The notes: generated by a model not told the origin, from the sequence alone. Positions 1 to 8,433 are shown, numbered from the stretch's first letter. The stretch is DNA of 22,383 nucleotides from a virus (IMGVR_UViG_2602041568_000007), one strand, 5' to 3'. Made by a program: numbers and translations.

Positions 1-482
1 TTCGTAATGACCTGGCGGATGCCTTACCGGAAAGTGCAGCCCGTAAGGCACTGAGATTACCGAAGCCTGTTGTGCCGTCTGTCACCCGGGAAAGTGACCT
101 TGTGCCTTCGGTTCCTGCCACCAGCATCATCCAGGATAAGGCGAAAAAGGTGCTGGCGCTGAAAGTGGATCCGGAGTCGCCGGAGTCTTTTATGTTACGC
201 CCAAAACGTCGCCGCTGGGTTAATGAAAAGTACACGCGCTGGGTTAAGACACAGCCGTGTGCATGTTGTGGAAAGCCCGCTGATGATCCCCACCACCTGA
301 TAGGCCACGGTCAGGGGGGAATGGGTACAAAAGCGCATGACCTCTTTGTGTTGCCTTTGTGCAGAAAGCATCACGACGAGCTGCATGCGGATACCGTGGC
401 ATTTGAAGAGAAGTATGGCTCCCAGTTGGAGCTGATATTTCGTTTTATCGATCGTGCGCTGGCAATAGGCGTACTGGCGTAA
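1..482 (+). CDS. DUF968-like prophage protein, C-terminal part (5' end lies outside window)
   Basis: The reading frame is open from the window edge to the stop at 482, so the listed start at 72 is not the real start. Cys/His-rich C-terminus (CACCG...HHLIGHG...PLCRKHHDELH) resembles HNH-like DUF968 proteins found upstream of Q in lambdoid prophages. Family call is from memory. Confidence 0.55.
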   Translation, partial: RNDLADALPESAARKALRLPKPVVPSVTRESDLVPSVPATSIIQDKAKKVLALKVDPESPESFMLRPKRRRWVNEKYTRWVKTQPCACCGKPADDPHHLIGHGQGGMGTKAHDLFVLPLCRKHHDELHADTVAFEEKYGSQLELIFRFIDRALAIGVLA

Positions 483-495
483 GTGGAGAACGAGC

Positions 496-1248
496 ATGAA
501 CCTTGAAGCCTTACCAAAATATTACTCCCCAAAATCTCCCAAATTGAGCGATGAGGCACCGGCGACAGGCTCGAGTGGTTTAACGATTACGGATGTGATG
601 GCTGCGCAGGGGATGGTGCAGTCGAAAGCACCGCTTGGGTTTGCCTTATTTCTGGCAAAAGTTGGTGTTCAGGATCCTCAGTTTGCGATTGAAGGTCTGC
701 TCAATTACGCGATGGCACTGGATAACCCGACATTGAACAAATTGAGTGAAGAAACCCGGTTACAGATCATCCCTTACCTTGTGAATTTTGCCTTTGCTGA
801 TTATTCCAGGTCTGCTGCAAGTAAGGCTCGCTGTGAGCATTGTGCTGGTACTGGATTTCATAATGTATTGCGCGAAGTGGTGAAACACTCCAGAAGCGGG
901 GAATCTGTTATCAAGGAAGAGTGGGTGAAGGAACTATGTCAGCATTGTCATGGTAAGGGAGAGGTCAGCACAGCGTGTAGAGGGTGTAAGGGGAAAGGTA
1001 TTGTACTGGATGAAAAAAGAACCCGGCTTCATGGTGCGCCTGTTTATAAGGTTTGTGGGCGTTGCAATGGAAACCGGTTTAGCCGTTTACCAACCACACT
1101 GGCGCGGCATCATGTCCAGAAGCTGGTACCGGATCTGACGGATTATCAGTGGTACAAAGGATATGCAGATGTCATTGATAAACTGGTTACAAAGTGCTGG
1201 CAGGAAGAAGCATATGCAGAGACACAATTGAGAAAAGTGACAAGATAA
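496..1248 (+). CDS. Late-gene antitermination protein Q (long, Qin-prophage-like)
   Basis: 250 aa; position immediately upstream of a promoter/terminator pair and the lysis cassette; four CxxCxGxG-type Cys repeats (CEHCAGTG, CQHCHGKG, CRGCKGKG, CGRCNGNR). Pattern recalled as typical of the long Q-like antiterminators of E. coli lambdoid prophages. Confidence 0.7.
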   Translation: MNLEALPKYYSPKSPKLSDEAPATGSSGLTITDVMAAQGMVQSKAPLGFALFLAKVGVQDPQFAIEGLLNYAMALDNPTLNKLSEETRLQIIPYLVNFAFADYSRSAASKARCEHCAGTGFHNVLREVVKHSRSGESVIKEEWVKELCQHCHGKGEVSTACRGCKGKGIVLDEKRTRLHGAPVYKVCGRCNGNRFSRLPTTLARHHVQKLVPDLTDYQWYKGYADVIDKLVTKCWQEEAYAETQLRKVTR

Positions 1249-1279
1249 ATGATTTTCGCCGAAGATGGCGACATGATGC

Positions 1280-1308
1280 TTGCATTTTTCAAAAAATATG
1301 GATAAGAT
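1280..1308 (+). promoter_or_regulatory. Candidate Q-dependent late promoter (PR'-like)
   Basis: TTGCAT, 17-nt A/T-rich spacer, TAAGAT read directly from the sequence about 30 nt downstream of the Q stop; followed about 50 nt later by an intrinsic terminator, mirroring the lambda PR'-qut-tR' arrangement. Not experimentally supported. Confidence 0.25.
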
Positions 1309-1354
1309 TTTCCCAACGATGGGCTTTGTATGTCTACCGTTGATAAGATTTAAG

Positions 1355-1379
1355 AACCCGCCACTGAGCGGGTTTTTTG
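1355..1379 (+). terminator. Rho-independent terminator (tR'-like)
   Basis: GC stem ACCCGC / GCGGGT with a 6-nt loop, followed by TTTTTT. Confidence 0.55.
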
Positions 1380-1476
1380 TACCTGTAAACTTGGTGCAGT
1401 ACAGTAAACACGCTGGTGGTCGTGAATACTGACTTTTTATCTTGCTGGATTTTTAGACAAGAGTTATTGGTATGTC

Positions 1477-1704
1477 ATGTTAACCAGAAGGGAAAAAGAC
1501 ATGCTAAAACAGCAAGATATGACAGAAACCGCCGCCGCAGTCCTTCATTTCTTACCTGCTGACAAGTGGGTAACGCCACGCATGATGACGAGAACTACCG
1601 GAGTAAGCGAAGCCCGGTGCCAGTTAATACTGACTCAGTTAGTTCTGGCGGGTCTGGCGAAGGATAACGGCGGGTACGGGAATAAATTCAGACGCTGCCA
1701 GTAA
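1477..1704 (+). CDS. Small FaeA/PapI-like winged-helix protein (putative regulator)
   Basis: 75-aa ORF; segment VLHFL...VTPRMMTRTTGVSEARCQLILTQLVLAGLAKDNGGYGNKF resembles the PapI/FaeA pattern (xLEFL...T.EIA...V....AR.YL..L...G.......RG..Y.F). Start may instead be the internal Met about 8 codons downstream. Assignment is from recalled sequence pattern only. Confidence 0.4.
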   Translation: MLTRREKDMLKQQDMTETAAAVLHFLPADKWVTPRMMTRTTGVSEARCQLILTQLVLAGLAKDNGGYGNKFRRCQ

Positions 1705-1854
1705 TGGCGGTTTCCTGCTGTGAAAATGGGCGGCTGGTGGGTGTTGGTAGCACCTGCCAGCCATTCGCTCATGCTTACTGGTCACAAGCGAACCACGGCC
1801 CACTGCTTTAGCGCAAAAGCAGAGTGAGCCTACCAGAGTTACGCTTACTGATCC

Positions 1855-2907
1855 ATGAAAAATACTGTAAAAATAAACAGTGTTGATTTAATCAACGCTG
1901 ATTGCCTGCATTTTATTCAGTCCCTGCCTGATGATTCCATTGACCTGATTGTTACCGATCCGCCTTACTTCAAGGTGAAACCTAACGGTTGGGACAATCA
2001 GTGGAAAGGGGACGAAGATTACCTTAAGTGGCTGGACCACTGTCTGGCCCAGTTCTGGCGGGTGTTGAAACCTGCCGGAAGCCTTTACCTGTTCTGTGGG
2101 CATCGCCTGGCATCTGATATTGAGATCATGATGCGTGAACGTTTCAACGTGCTTAACCATATCATCTGGGCGAAGCCGTCCGGACGTTGGAATGGGTGTA
2201 ATAAAGAAAGTCTGCGCGCATATTTTCCTGCCACAGAGCGCGTTCTGTTTGCTGAACATTACCAGGGGCCATATCGCGGCAAAAGTGACGGCTATGCGGC
2301 AAAAGAAAGGGAACTCAAACAGCACATAATGGCACCGCTGATATCGTATTTCAGGGATGCTCGTGCCGAACTGGGTATAACGGCAAAACAAATTGCCGAA
2401 GCCACAGGTAAGAAAAATATGGTTTCCCACTGGTTTGGTGCCAGTCAGTGGCAGTTGCCGAATGAGGCTGACTATCGGAAGTTACAGGCACTGTTTTCCC
2501 GTATAGCGGCAGAGAAGTTTCAGGAACAACAACTGGAACAACCACACCACCAGCTGGTGGCATCTTATGATTCACTGAATCGCAAATATTCTGAATTGCT
2601 GGATGAGTTTAAATCTCTCCGGCGCTATTTCTCCGTATCAGTCTCCGTGCCTTATACCGATGTCTGGACGCATAAGCCCGTTCAGTTCTACCCGGGTAAA
2701 CATCCGTGCGAGAAACCGACGGATATGCTCCGGCAAATAATCAATGCCAGTAGTCGACCTGGTGATCTGGTTGCTGATTTCTTTATGGGATCCGGTTCCA
2801 CAATAAAAGCAGCAATGGCGCTGGGGCGTCGGGCGTTAGGTGTTGAACTTGAGTCAGAGCGGTTTAATCAGACGGTGAAAGAGGTAAGTGAACTGGTGGG
2901 GAAATAA
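1855..2907 (+). CDS. DNA amino-methyltransferase (N6-adenine or N4-cytosine), phage-encoded orphan MTase
   Basis: Catalytic DPPY motif (LIVTDPPYF) near the N-terminus and AdoMet-binding FxGxG motif (DFFMGSGST) near the C-terminus. This motif order (IV before I) is taken here to indicate a beta-class enzyme. No adjacent restriction endonuclease gene. Confidence 0.8.
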   Translation: MKNTVKINSVDLINADCLHFIQSLPDDSIDLIVTDPPYFKVKPNGWDNQWKGDEDYLKWLDHCLAQFWRVLKPAGSLYLFCGHRLASDIEIMMRERFNVLNHIIWAKPSGRWNGCNKESLRAYFPATERVLFAEHYQGPYRGKSDGYAAKERELKQHIMAPLISYFRDARAELGITAKQIAEATGKKNMVSHWFGASQWQLPNEADYRKLQALFSRIAAEKFQEQQLEQPHHQLVASYDSLNRKYSELLDEFKSLRRYFSVSVSVPYTDVWTHKPVQFYPGKHPCEKPTDMLRQIINASSRPGDLVADFFMGSGSTIKAAMALGRRALGVELESERFNQTVKEVSELVGK

Positions 2908-2914
2908 TTCTGGT

Positions 2915-2938
2915 GGCCACGTTGCGTGGCCTTTTTAT
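2915..2938 (+). terminator. Rho-independent terminator after the methyltransferase gene
   Basis: Inverted repeat GGCCACG ttg CGTGGCC followed by TTTTTA, just after the stop at 2907. Confidence 0.5.
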
Positions 2939-2983
2939 TTCCAACACAGCACCCGCAAATATCGCGAGGTGAGAGATGACGAA

Positions 2984-3319
2984 ATGCCTCATAACCCAAA
3001 TACCTGGCCGGACTGGCTGGAGTTGTTTCAGAGCTGGTGGCGTGGAGACACACCGCTGGGTGCAGTGATTATGTCGATCGTTATGGCTGGTTTGCGCATC
3101 GCCTATTTTGGCGGTGGTGGTGGCTGGAAACGAAAAACGCTCGAGATTTTGCTCTGTGGCGCTCTGACGCTGACCTTTGCATCCGCTCTTGAATATGTCG
3201 GATGGCCTAAATCGCTTTCTGTTGCCATTGGTGGTGGCGTGGGGCTGATCGGTGTCGATGCTATTCGTGGGGCTGCAATGCGAGTAATCGGTAACAAATT
3301 TGGTAGCTCGAAGGAGTAA
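2984..3319 (+). CDS. Holin, class I (lambda S-like, three predicted TM segments)
   Basis: Start chosen at the internal Met (MPHNPNTW...) preceded by GAGGTGAG; the listed ORF start at 2888 overlaps the MTase and its terminator. Three hydrophobic segments and a basic C-terminus (RVIGNKFGSSKE), resembling lambda S; directly upstream of the endolysin. Confidence 0.7.
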   Translation: MPHNPNTWPDWLELFQSWWRGDTPLGAVIMSIVMAGLRIAYFGGGGGWKRKTLEILLCGALTLTFASALEYVGWPKSLSVAIGGGVGLIGVDAIRGAAMRVIGNKFGSSKE

Positions 3320-3322
3320 TTT

Positions 3323-3799
3323 ATGCAGGCACTAAATTCCCAGCGTAAAGCTTTCCTGGATATGGTGGCATGGTCAGAAGGAACGGATAACGGGCGACAA
3401 CCGACACGTAACCACGGTTATGATGTTATTGTTGGTGGCGAACTGTTCACTGATTACTCCGATCACCCTCGCAAACTTGTCACGCTAAACCCAAAACTCA
3501 AATCAACAGCCGCCGGACGTTACCAGCTTCTTTCCCGTTGGTGGGATGCCTATCGTAAGCAGCTTGGCCTGAAAGACTTCTCTCCGAAAAGCCAGGACGC
3601 TGTGGCATTGCAGCAGATTAAGGAGCGTGGCGCTTTACCGATGATTGATCGCGGTGATATCCGTCAGGCTATCGATCGTTGCAGCAATATCTGGGCGTCG
3701 TTACCTGGTGCAGGTTATGGTCAGTATGAACATAAAATCAGTGATCTGATTTCCCGGTTTAAAGAGGCTGGTGGGGTGGTAAATGAAGTTGAGCTATAA
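3323..3799 (+). CDS. R: Endolysin, lambda R-type lytic transglycosylase
   Basis: 158 aa; near-identical over most of its length to the lambda R sequence as I recall it (QRKAFLDM.AWSEGTDNGRQ.TRNHGYDVIVGGELFTDYSDHPRKLVTLNPKLKST.AGRYQLLSRWWDAYRKQLGLKDFSPKSQDAVALQQIKERGALPMIDRGDIRQAIDRCSNIWASLPGAGYGQ), including the catalytic Glu in WSEGTD. Confidence 0.9.
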   Translation: MQALNSQRKAFLDMVAWSEGTDNGRQPTRNHGYDVIVGGELFTDYSDHPRKLVTLNPKLKSTAAGRYQLLSRWWDAYRKQLGLKDFSPKSQDAVALQQIKERGALPMIDRGDIRQAIDRCSNIWASLPGAGYGQYEHKISDLISRFKEAGGVVNEVEL

Positions 3800-4175
3800 G
3801 CTGGTTATCGCTGCATTCTTCTTTACTGTCATCGGTTCTTTCATCTGGTCTGCCAACCACTACTACAGCAAATATCAGCACGAAAAGAAACGTGCTGATG
3901 AGGCTGTACAAAATGCCAAATCGGCAACTGTCATTACCAATAACGTCCTGCAATCACTGCAAATCGTCAATACAGTTCTGGAGGCTAACCAGCATGCAAA
4001 ACAGCAGATCACACTGGAGTCACAGAGAACCCAGGAAGATATCAAAGTGGCTGTTGCGGATGATGATTGTGCTTCACGTCCTGTGCCTGCTGCCGCTGCT
4101 GACCGGTTGCGGAAGTACGCGAACAGTTTACGTACCGATTCCGGCGGTACCGTTGCCAGCAAGCCTGACTACTGA
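3783..4175 (+). CDS. i-spanin (Rz-like inner-membrane spanin)
   Basis: 130 aa; N-terminal TM helix (LVIAAFFFTVIGSFIW) and a Q/E/K-rich predicted coiled-coil region; start overlaps the end of the endolysin gene with a GGTGGGGTGG RBS; position in lysis cassette. Confidence 0.65.
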   Translation: MKLSYKLVIAAFFFTVIGSFIWSANHYYSKYQHEKKRADEAVQNAKSATVITNNVLQSLQIVNTVLEANQHAKQQITLESQRTQEDIKVAVADDDCASRPVPAAAADRLRKYANSLRTDSGGTVASKPDY

Positions 4176-4332
4176 AACTCCCCAGCCAGTCATTCCCGAG
4201 CCGCTGACCTATGGGGCCAGTCTGGATCTGAATGTGAGCCTGCTTTCGGCGTTGGGACAATGCAATATTGACAAAGCGGGGATTCGAAGTATCGAGATGC
4301 GCCGTAACGCTTTGCTGGCAGTAGGCAAATAG
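4060..4332 (+). CDS. o-spanin (Rz1-like outer-membrane lipoprotein), overlapped +1 frame
   Basis: Not listed as its own ORF; lies inside listed ORF 3892..4332. Begins MMIVLHVLCLLPLLTGCGS with lipobox L-T-G-C, then a Pro-rich mature region (VYVPIPAVPLPASLTTETPQPVIPEP). Starts inside Rz and ends 157 nt past the Rz stop. Confidence 0.6.
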   Translation: MMIVLHVLCLLPLLTGCGSTRTVYVPIPAVPLPASLTTETPQPVIPEPLTYGASLDLNVSLLSALGQCNIDKAGIRSIEMRRNALLAVGK

Positions 4333-4358
4333 TCCGGACAAAGAACAGGAATATATTT

Positions 4359-4709
4359 ATGCCCCCTCGAACTCCAAAAGCCTGCCGCGTTCGCGGCTGC
4401 CGTAATACCACGACAGACCCGTCAGGCTACTGCGAAAGCCACAAAAGCGAAGGCTGGAAGCAATACAAGTCAGGACAATCCCGTCATCAGCGCGGTTATG
4501 GTTCTAAGTGGGATGTTATCCGTGTGCGTGTGCTGCAACGTGACAAAGGCCTGTGTCAGTTATGTCTGCGTGCCGGTGTGGCGCGTGAAGCGAAAACCGT
4601 TGACCACATCATCCCTAAAGCACATGGCGGCACTGATGTCGACAGTAATCTGCAGAGTCTGTGCTGGCCGTGTCATAAGGCGAAGACGGCCCGTGAACGG
4701 CTTAAGTGA
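4359..4709 (+). CDS. HNH endonuclease (terminase-associated, HK97 gp74-like role)
   Basis: 116 aa; CxxC...HxxxH...N...CxxCH arrangement (CQLCL...VDHIIPKAHGGTDVDSNLQSLCWPCH); immediately upstream of terminase small subunit. Confidence 0.85.
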   Translation: MPPRTPKACRVRGCRNTTTDPSGYCESHKSEGWKQYKSGQSRHQRGYGSKWDVIRVRVLQRDKGLCQLCLRAGVAREAKTVDHIIPKAHGGTDVDSNLQSLCWPCHKAKTARERLK

Positions 4710-4724
4710 TAATAACTCTCAACT

Positions 4725-4795
4725 GTCTGAGGGGAGGGGCGGGTCAAATCCCTGCATCCTGACGTCTTCCGGACTGCCCGCCCCATCGTTTTTTT
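4725..4795 (+). other. GC-rich inverted repeat plus T-run between HNH and TerS; candidate cos-site region and/or terminator
   Basis: GGGGCGGG ... CCCGCCCC separated by about 35 nt and followed by TTTTTTT. In HK97-like phages cos lies between the HNH gene and the small terminase gene. Confidence 0.3.
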
Positions 4796-4834
4796 ATACC
4801 CGCGAAAAATGAAATTTAACCAGGAGTGCCGCAT

Positions 4835-5329
4835 ATGGCTGGAACGGCGGGGCGTTCCGGGCGTCGCCCCAAGCCAACGGCGCGCAAGGCGCTGGCCGGA
4901 AACCCCGGCAAGCGAGCCCTGAATAAAGATGAACCTGTTTTTACGCCCATCAAAGGTGTTGAGCCACCGGAGTGGTTCGCTGAAGAAGATCTCCCTCTCG
5001 CCACGATCATGTGGCAACTGACAACTAAAGAACTCTGCGGTCAGGGCCTGCTGTGCGTGACTGACCTCGCGGTGCTTGAGCGGTGGTGCGTGGCCTACGA
5101 GTTCTGGCGACGTGCCGTGAAAAATATTGCCAGACAGGGCAACACCATCACCGGTGCAATGGGCGGTATGGTCAAAAATCCGGAGCTGACCGCCAAAAAA
5201 GAACAGGAGTCCGAGATGAGCAGCACGGGGGCAATGCTCGGACTCGACCCCAGCAGCCGCCAGCGTCTGATTGGCCTGGCGGGGCAGAAGAAAGCCACTA
5301 ACCCGTTTCTGAAAATCATCGAATCATGA
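4835..5329 (+). CDS. Terminase small subunit (P27 family)
   Basis: Start at ATG ([14 protein letters not shown]...) with AGGAG 8 nt upstream; this N-terminal motif is typical of P27-family TerS; stop overlaps TerL start (ATGA). Confidence 0.8.
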   Translation: MAGTAGRSGRRPKPTARKALAGNPGKRALNKDEPVFTPIKGVEPPEWFAEEDLPLATIMWQLTTKELCGQGLLCVTDLAVLERWCVAYEFWRRAVKNIARQGNTITGAMGGMVKNPELTAKKEQESEMSSTGAMLGLDPSSRQRLIGLAGQKKATNPFLKIIES

Positions 5330-7059
5330 GCCGGAAATCTTACCCCAACGTAAATGCTGCCAATCAGTATGCCCGTGATGTCGTGCGCGGAAAGATTGTG
5401 GCCTGCCAGTTTGTGATTCAGGCCTGCCAGCGCCATCTTGATGACCTGATGGCGGAAAAAAGTAAGTCGTTTCGTTACCGCTTCGACAAGGACCTGGCTG
5501 AACGGGCCGCGAAATTTATTCAGCTGTTGCCGCACACCAAGGGTGAGTGGGCATTCAAACGGATGCCCATCACGCTGGAGCCGTGGCAGCTATTTGTGAT
5601 CTGCTGTGCGTTTGGCTGGGTCAATAAAGGCACCCGGTTGCGCCGCTTCCGGGAGGTGTATACCGAAATCCCCCGTAAGAACGGCAAATCAGCAATCTCT
5701 GCCGGTGTTGCCCTGTATTGTTTTGCCTGTGATAACGAGTTTGGCGCGGAAGTGTATTCCGGTGCCACGACAGAGAAACAGGCGTGGGAAGTCTTTCGCC
5801 CGGCGCGACTGATGTGTAAACGCACACCCATGCTGACGGAAGCGTTCGGGATTGAGGTTAACGCTTCAAACATGAACCGTCCGGAGGATGGCGCGCGGTT
5901 TGAACCGCTGATCGGTAACCCCGGTGATGGTTCATCACCCCACTGTGCGGTGGTGGATGAATATCACGAGCACGCCACCGATGCGCTTTACACCACGATG
6001 CTTACCGGGATGGGGGCGCGACGTCAGCCACTGATGTGGGCCATCACCACCGCCGGGTACAACATTGAGGGGCCGTGCTACGACAAGCGGCGGGAAGTCA
6101 TCGAGATGCTCAACGGCTCGGTGCCTAACGATGAACTGTTCGGGATCATCTATACCGTTGACGAAGGTGACGACTGGACCGACCCGCAGGTGCTGGAAAA
6201 AGCCAATCCAAATATTGGCGTGTCGGTTTATCGCGAATTTTTGTTAAGTCAGCAGCAGCGTGCGAAAAATAACGCCCGCCTGGCAAACGTCTTTAAAACA
6301 AAACACCTCAATATCTGGGTGTCGGCGCGTTCGGCTTATTTCAATCTGGTGAGCTGGCAGAGCTGCGAGGATAAATCACTGACCCTTGAGCAGTTCGAGG
6401 GGCAACCGTGCATTCTGGCCTTTGACCTGGCGCGTAAGCTGGATATGAACAGCATGGCGCGACTTTATACCCGCGAGATTGACGGTAAAACGCATTACTA
6501 CAGTGTGGCCCCGCGCTTCTGGGTACCGTATGACACGGTGTACAGCGTCGAGAAAAATGAAGATCGCCGGACAGCCGAACGCTTTCAGAAATGGGTGGAA
6601 ATGGGCGTCCTGATCGTTACCGATGGTGCAGAGGTGGATTATCGCTACATCCTCGAAGAGGCCAAAGCGGCGAACAAAATCAGCCCGGTCAGTGAGTCAC
6701 CCATCGACCCTTTCGGGGCGACCGGGCTGTCACATGACCTTGCTGATGAAGACCTGAATCCCGTTACTATCGTCCAGAACTTCGCCAATATGTCCGACCC
6801 GATGAAAGAGCTGGAAGCAGCGATTGAATCGGGGCGCTTTCATCATGACGGCAATCCCATCATGACCTGGTGTATCGGCAATGTGGTCGGCAAAAACATG
6901 CCTGGTAACGATGATTTAGTGAAGCCCGTCAAGGAGCAGGCGGAAAACAAAATCGATGGTGCGGTTGCACTGATTATGACGATCGGTCGGGCAATGCTCA
7001 AAGAACCTGACGATTTCCTCTCATCTCTTGATCCGGACGATGATCTCTTAATTCTATGA
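5326..7059 (+). CDS. Terminase large subunit
   Basis: 577 aa; Walker A-like segment ([10 protein letters not shown]) and acidic Walker B-like segment ([10 protein letters not shown]); placed between TerS and portal. Confidence 0.9.
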   Translation: MSRKSYPNVNAANQYARDVVRGKIVACQFVIQACQRHLDDLMAEKSKSFRYRFDKDLAERAAKFIQLLPHTKGEWAFKRMPITLEPWQLFVICCAFGWVNKGTRLRRFREVYTEIPRKNGKSAISAGVALYCFACDNEFGAEVYSGATTEKQAWEVFRPARLMCKRTPMLTEAFGIEVNASNMNRPEDGARFEPLIGNPGDGSSPHCAVVDEYHEHATDALYTTMLTGMGARRQPLMWAITTAGYNIEGPCYDKRREVIEMLNGSVPNDELFGIIYTVDEGDDWTDPQVLEKANPNIGVSVYREFLLSQQQRAKNNARLANVFKTKHLNIWVSARSAYFNLVSWQSCEDKSLTLEQFEGQPCILAFDLARKLDMNSMARLYTREIDGKTHYYSVAPRFWVPYDTVYSVEKNEDRRTAERFQKWVEMGVLIVTDGAEVDYRYILEEAKAANKISPVSESPIDPFGATGLSHDLADEDLNPVTIVQNFANMSDPMKELEAAIESGRFHHDGNPIMTWCIGNVVGKNMPGNDDLVKPVKEQAENKIDGAVALIMTIGRAMLKEPDDFLSSLDPDDDLLIL

Positions 7060-7217
7060 AATCACTAATTGCTGATGTTATCGGGCTGGCTGGTTTTGGC
7101 CTGCTTACGTGCGGGGTTTACCTGCAGTTTGGTATGGCTCCGGCTCTGATTTTGTCCGGTGCTTTACTGCTGGTGGGCGCACTGGCTATGGCCAGAAGGG
7201 GGACGCGTGCTGCTTGA
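7056..7217 (+). CDS. Small hydrophobic protein (53 aa, two predicted TM segments), hypothetical
   Basis: Hand-translated: [56 protein letters not shown] overlaps the TerL stop (ATGA); the stop overlaps the likely portal start. Below the size cutoff of the ORF track. Confidence 0.3.
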   Translation: MKSLIADVIGLAGFGLLTCGVYLQFGMAPALILSGALLLVGALAMARRGTRAA

Positions 7218-8433
7218 TGCTCTGTTCAGAAGTAAATCACTGGAGAATCCTTCCACCCCGATAACCGGTGATGCCGTTGATACTGATGGGCTGTTCCGGG
7301 CAGACGTTTATGTCAGTCCTGAGACTGCGATGAAACTGGCTGCGGTGTATTCCTGTATCTATGTCCTGTCTTCCAGCCTTGCCCAGATGCCGTTGCATGT
7401 TATGCGCAGGCACAAGGGGAAGGTTGAACCCGCACGCGATCATCCGGCGTTTTATCTGGTTCATGATGAGCCCAATACCTGGCAAACCAGCTACAAATGG
7501 CGCGAACTGAAGCAACGTCACATCCTTGGCTGGGGGAATGGGTATACCTGGGTGAAACGTAATCGTCGCGGTGAAGTCATATCCCTGGATTGCTGTATGC
7601 CGTGGGAAACGACGCTGATGAATACTGGTGGCCGATATACCTACGGTTTGTACAACGAATATGGGGCGTTTGCGATCAGTCCGGACGATATGATCCACAT
7701 CCGTGCGCTGGGTAATAATCAGAAGATGGGGCTGAGTCCGATTATGCAACATGCCGAAACAATAGGCATGGGGATGAGCGGTCAGAAGTACACAGAAAGC
7801 TTCTTCAGCGGTAATGCCCGTCCGGCGGGGATAGTATCCGTTAAAAGCGGACTCAATAAGGAAAGCTGGGGCTGGCTTAAAGATCAGTGGCAGAAGGCAT
7901 CGCAGGCGTTACGCCGCCAGGAAAACAAAACCATGCTGCTGCCAGCCGATCTGGATTACAAGGCACTGACTGTGTCGCCAGTTGACGCTCAGATCATTGA
8001 CATGATGAAGCTGAACCGTTCAATGATCGCCGGTATTTTCAATATTCCTGCGCACATGATTAATGACCTCGAAAAAGCCACCTTCTCCAATATTTCTGCG
8101 CAGGCGATTCAGTTTGTCCGCTACACGATGATGCCGTGGGTGACGAACTGGGAGCAGGAGCTTAACCGTCGCTTGTTTACCCGCGCTGAGTTAGCCGCCG
8201 GGTATTACGTCAGGTTCAATCTGACGGGGCTTTTACGCGGAACTCCGCAGGAGCGCGCGCAATTCTATCACTTCGCTATTACCGATGGATGGATGAGCCG
8301 TAATGAGGCCCGCGCATTCGAGGATATGAATCCGGTTGAAGGGCTGGATGAGATGCTGGTAAGCGTGAATGCTGCTAACCCGGCAGGAGATTTTAAGCCC
8401 CCAAAAAATGATGAGGGAAAAACCAATGAATGA
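7207..8433 (+). CDS. Portal protein (HK97 family)
   Basis: Listed ORF 7159..8433; preferred start is GTG at 7207 (VLLDALFRS...) with AAGGGGGA RBS; about 408 aa; position between terminase and prohead protease. Confidence 0.85.
   Translation: MLLDALFRSKSLENPSTPITGDAVDTDGLFRADVYVSPETAMKLAAVYSCIYVLSSSLAQMPLHVMRRHKGKVEPARDHPAFYLVHDEPNTWQTSYKWRELKQRHILGWGNGYTWVKRNRRGEVISLDCCMPWETTLMNTGGRYTYGLYNEYGAFAISPDDMIHIRALGNNQKMGLSPIMQHAETIGMGMSGQKYTESFFSGNARPAGIVSVKSGLNKESWGWLKDQWQKASQALRRQENKTMLLPADLDYKALTVSPVDAQIIDMMKLNRSMIAGIFNIPAHMINDLEKATFSNISAQAIQFVRYTMMPWVTNWEQELNRRLFTRAELAAGYYVRFNLTGLLRGTPQERAQFYHFAITDGWMSRNEARAFEDMNPVEGLDEMLVSVNAANPAGDFKPPKNDEGKTNE

Noticed and set aside
1705-1854. Possible tRNA gene downstream of Q, as in some lambdoid/Stx phages
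   Set aside because: I could not find a T-loop consensus or a cloverleaf-compatible set of stems in this 150-nt interval by eye; a tRNA scan would settle it.
2888-2983. Upstream extension of the holin ORF (listed start 2888)
   Set aside because: It would overlap the methyltransferase 3' end and run through its terminator hairpin; the internal Met at 2984 has an RBS and gives a normal holin length.
1249-2983. Toxin or virulence cargo (for example Shiga toxin) in the Q-to-holin hotspot
   Set aside because: The only ORFs here are the 75-aa FaeA-like protein and the methyltransferase; nothing resembles toxin A/B subunits.
3783-4175. Lambda-style fully embedded Rz1 inside Rz
   Set aside because: The only lipobox-bearing +1 frame ORF starts inside Rz but ends well beyond it, so the pair is overlapped rather than embedded.
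4498-4812. ORF 4498..4812 (104 aa) overlapping the HNH gene
   Set aside because: Out-of-frame overlap with a clearly conserved HNH endonuclease; its 3' part covers the GC-rich hairpin region, which explains the open frame.
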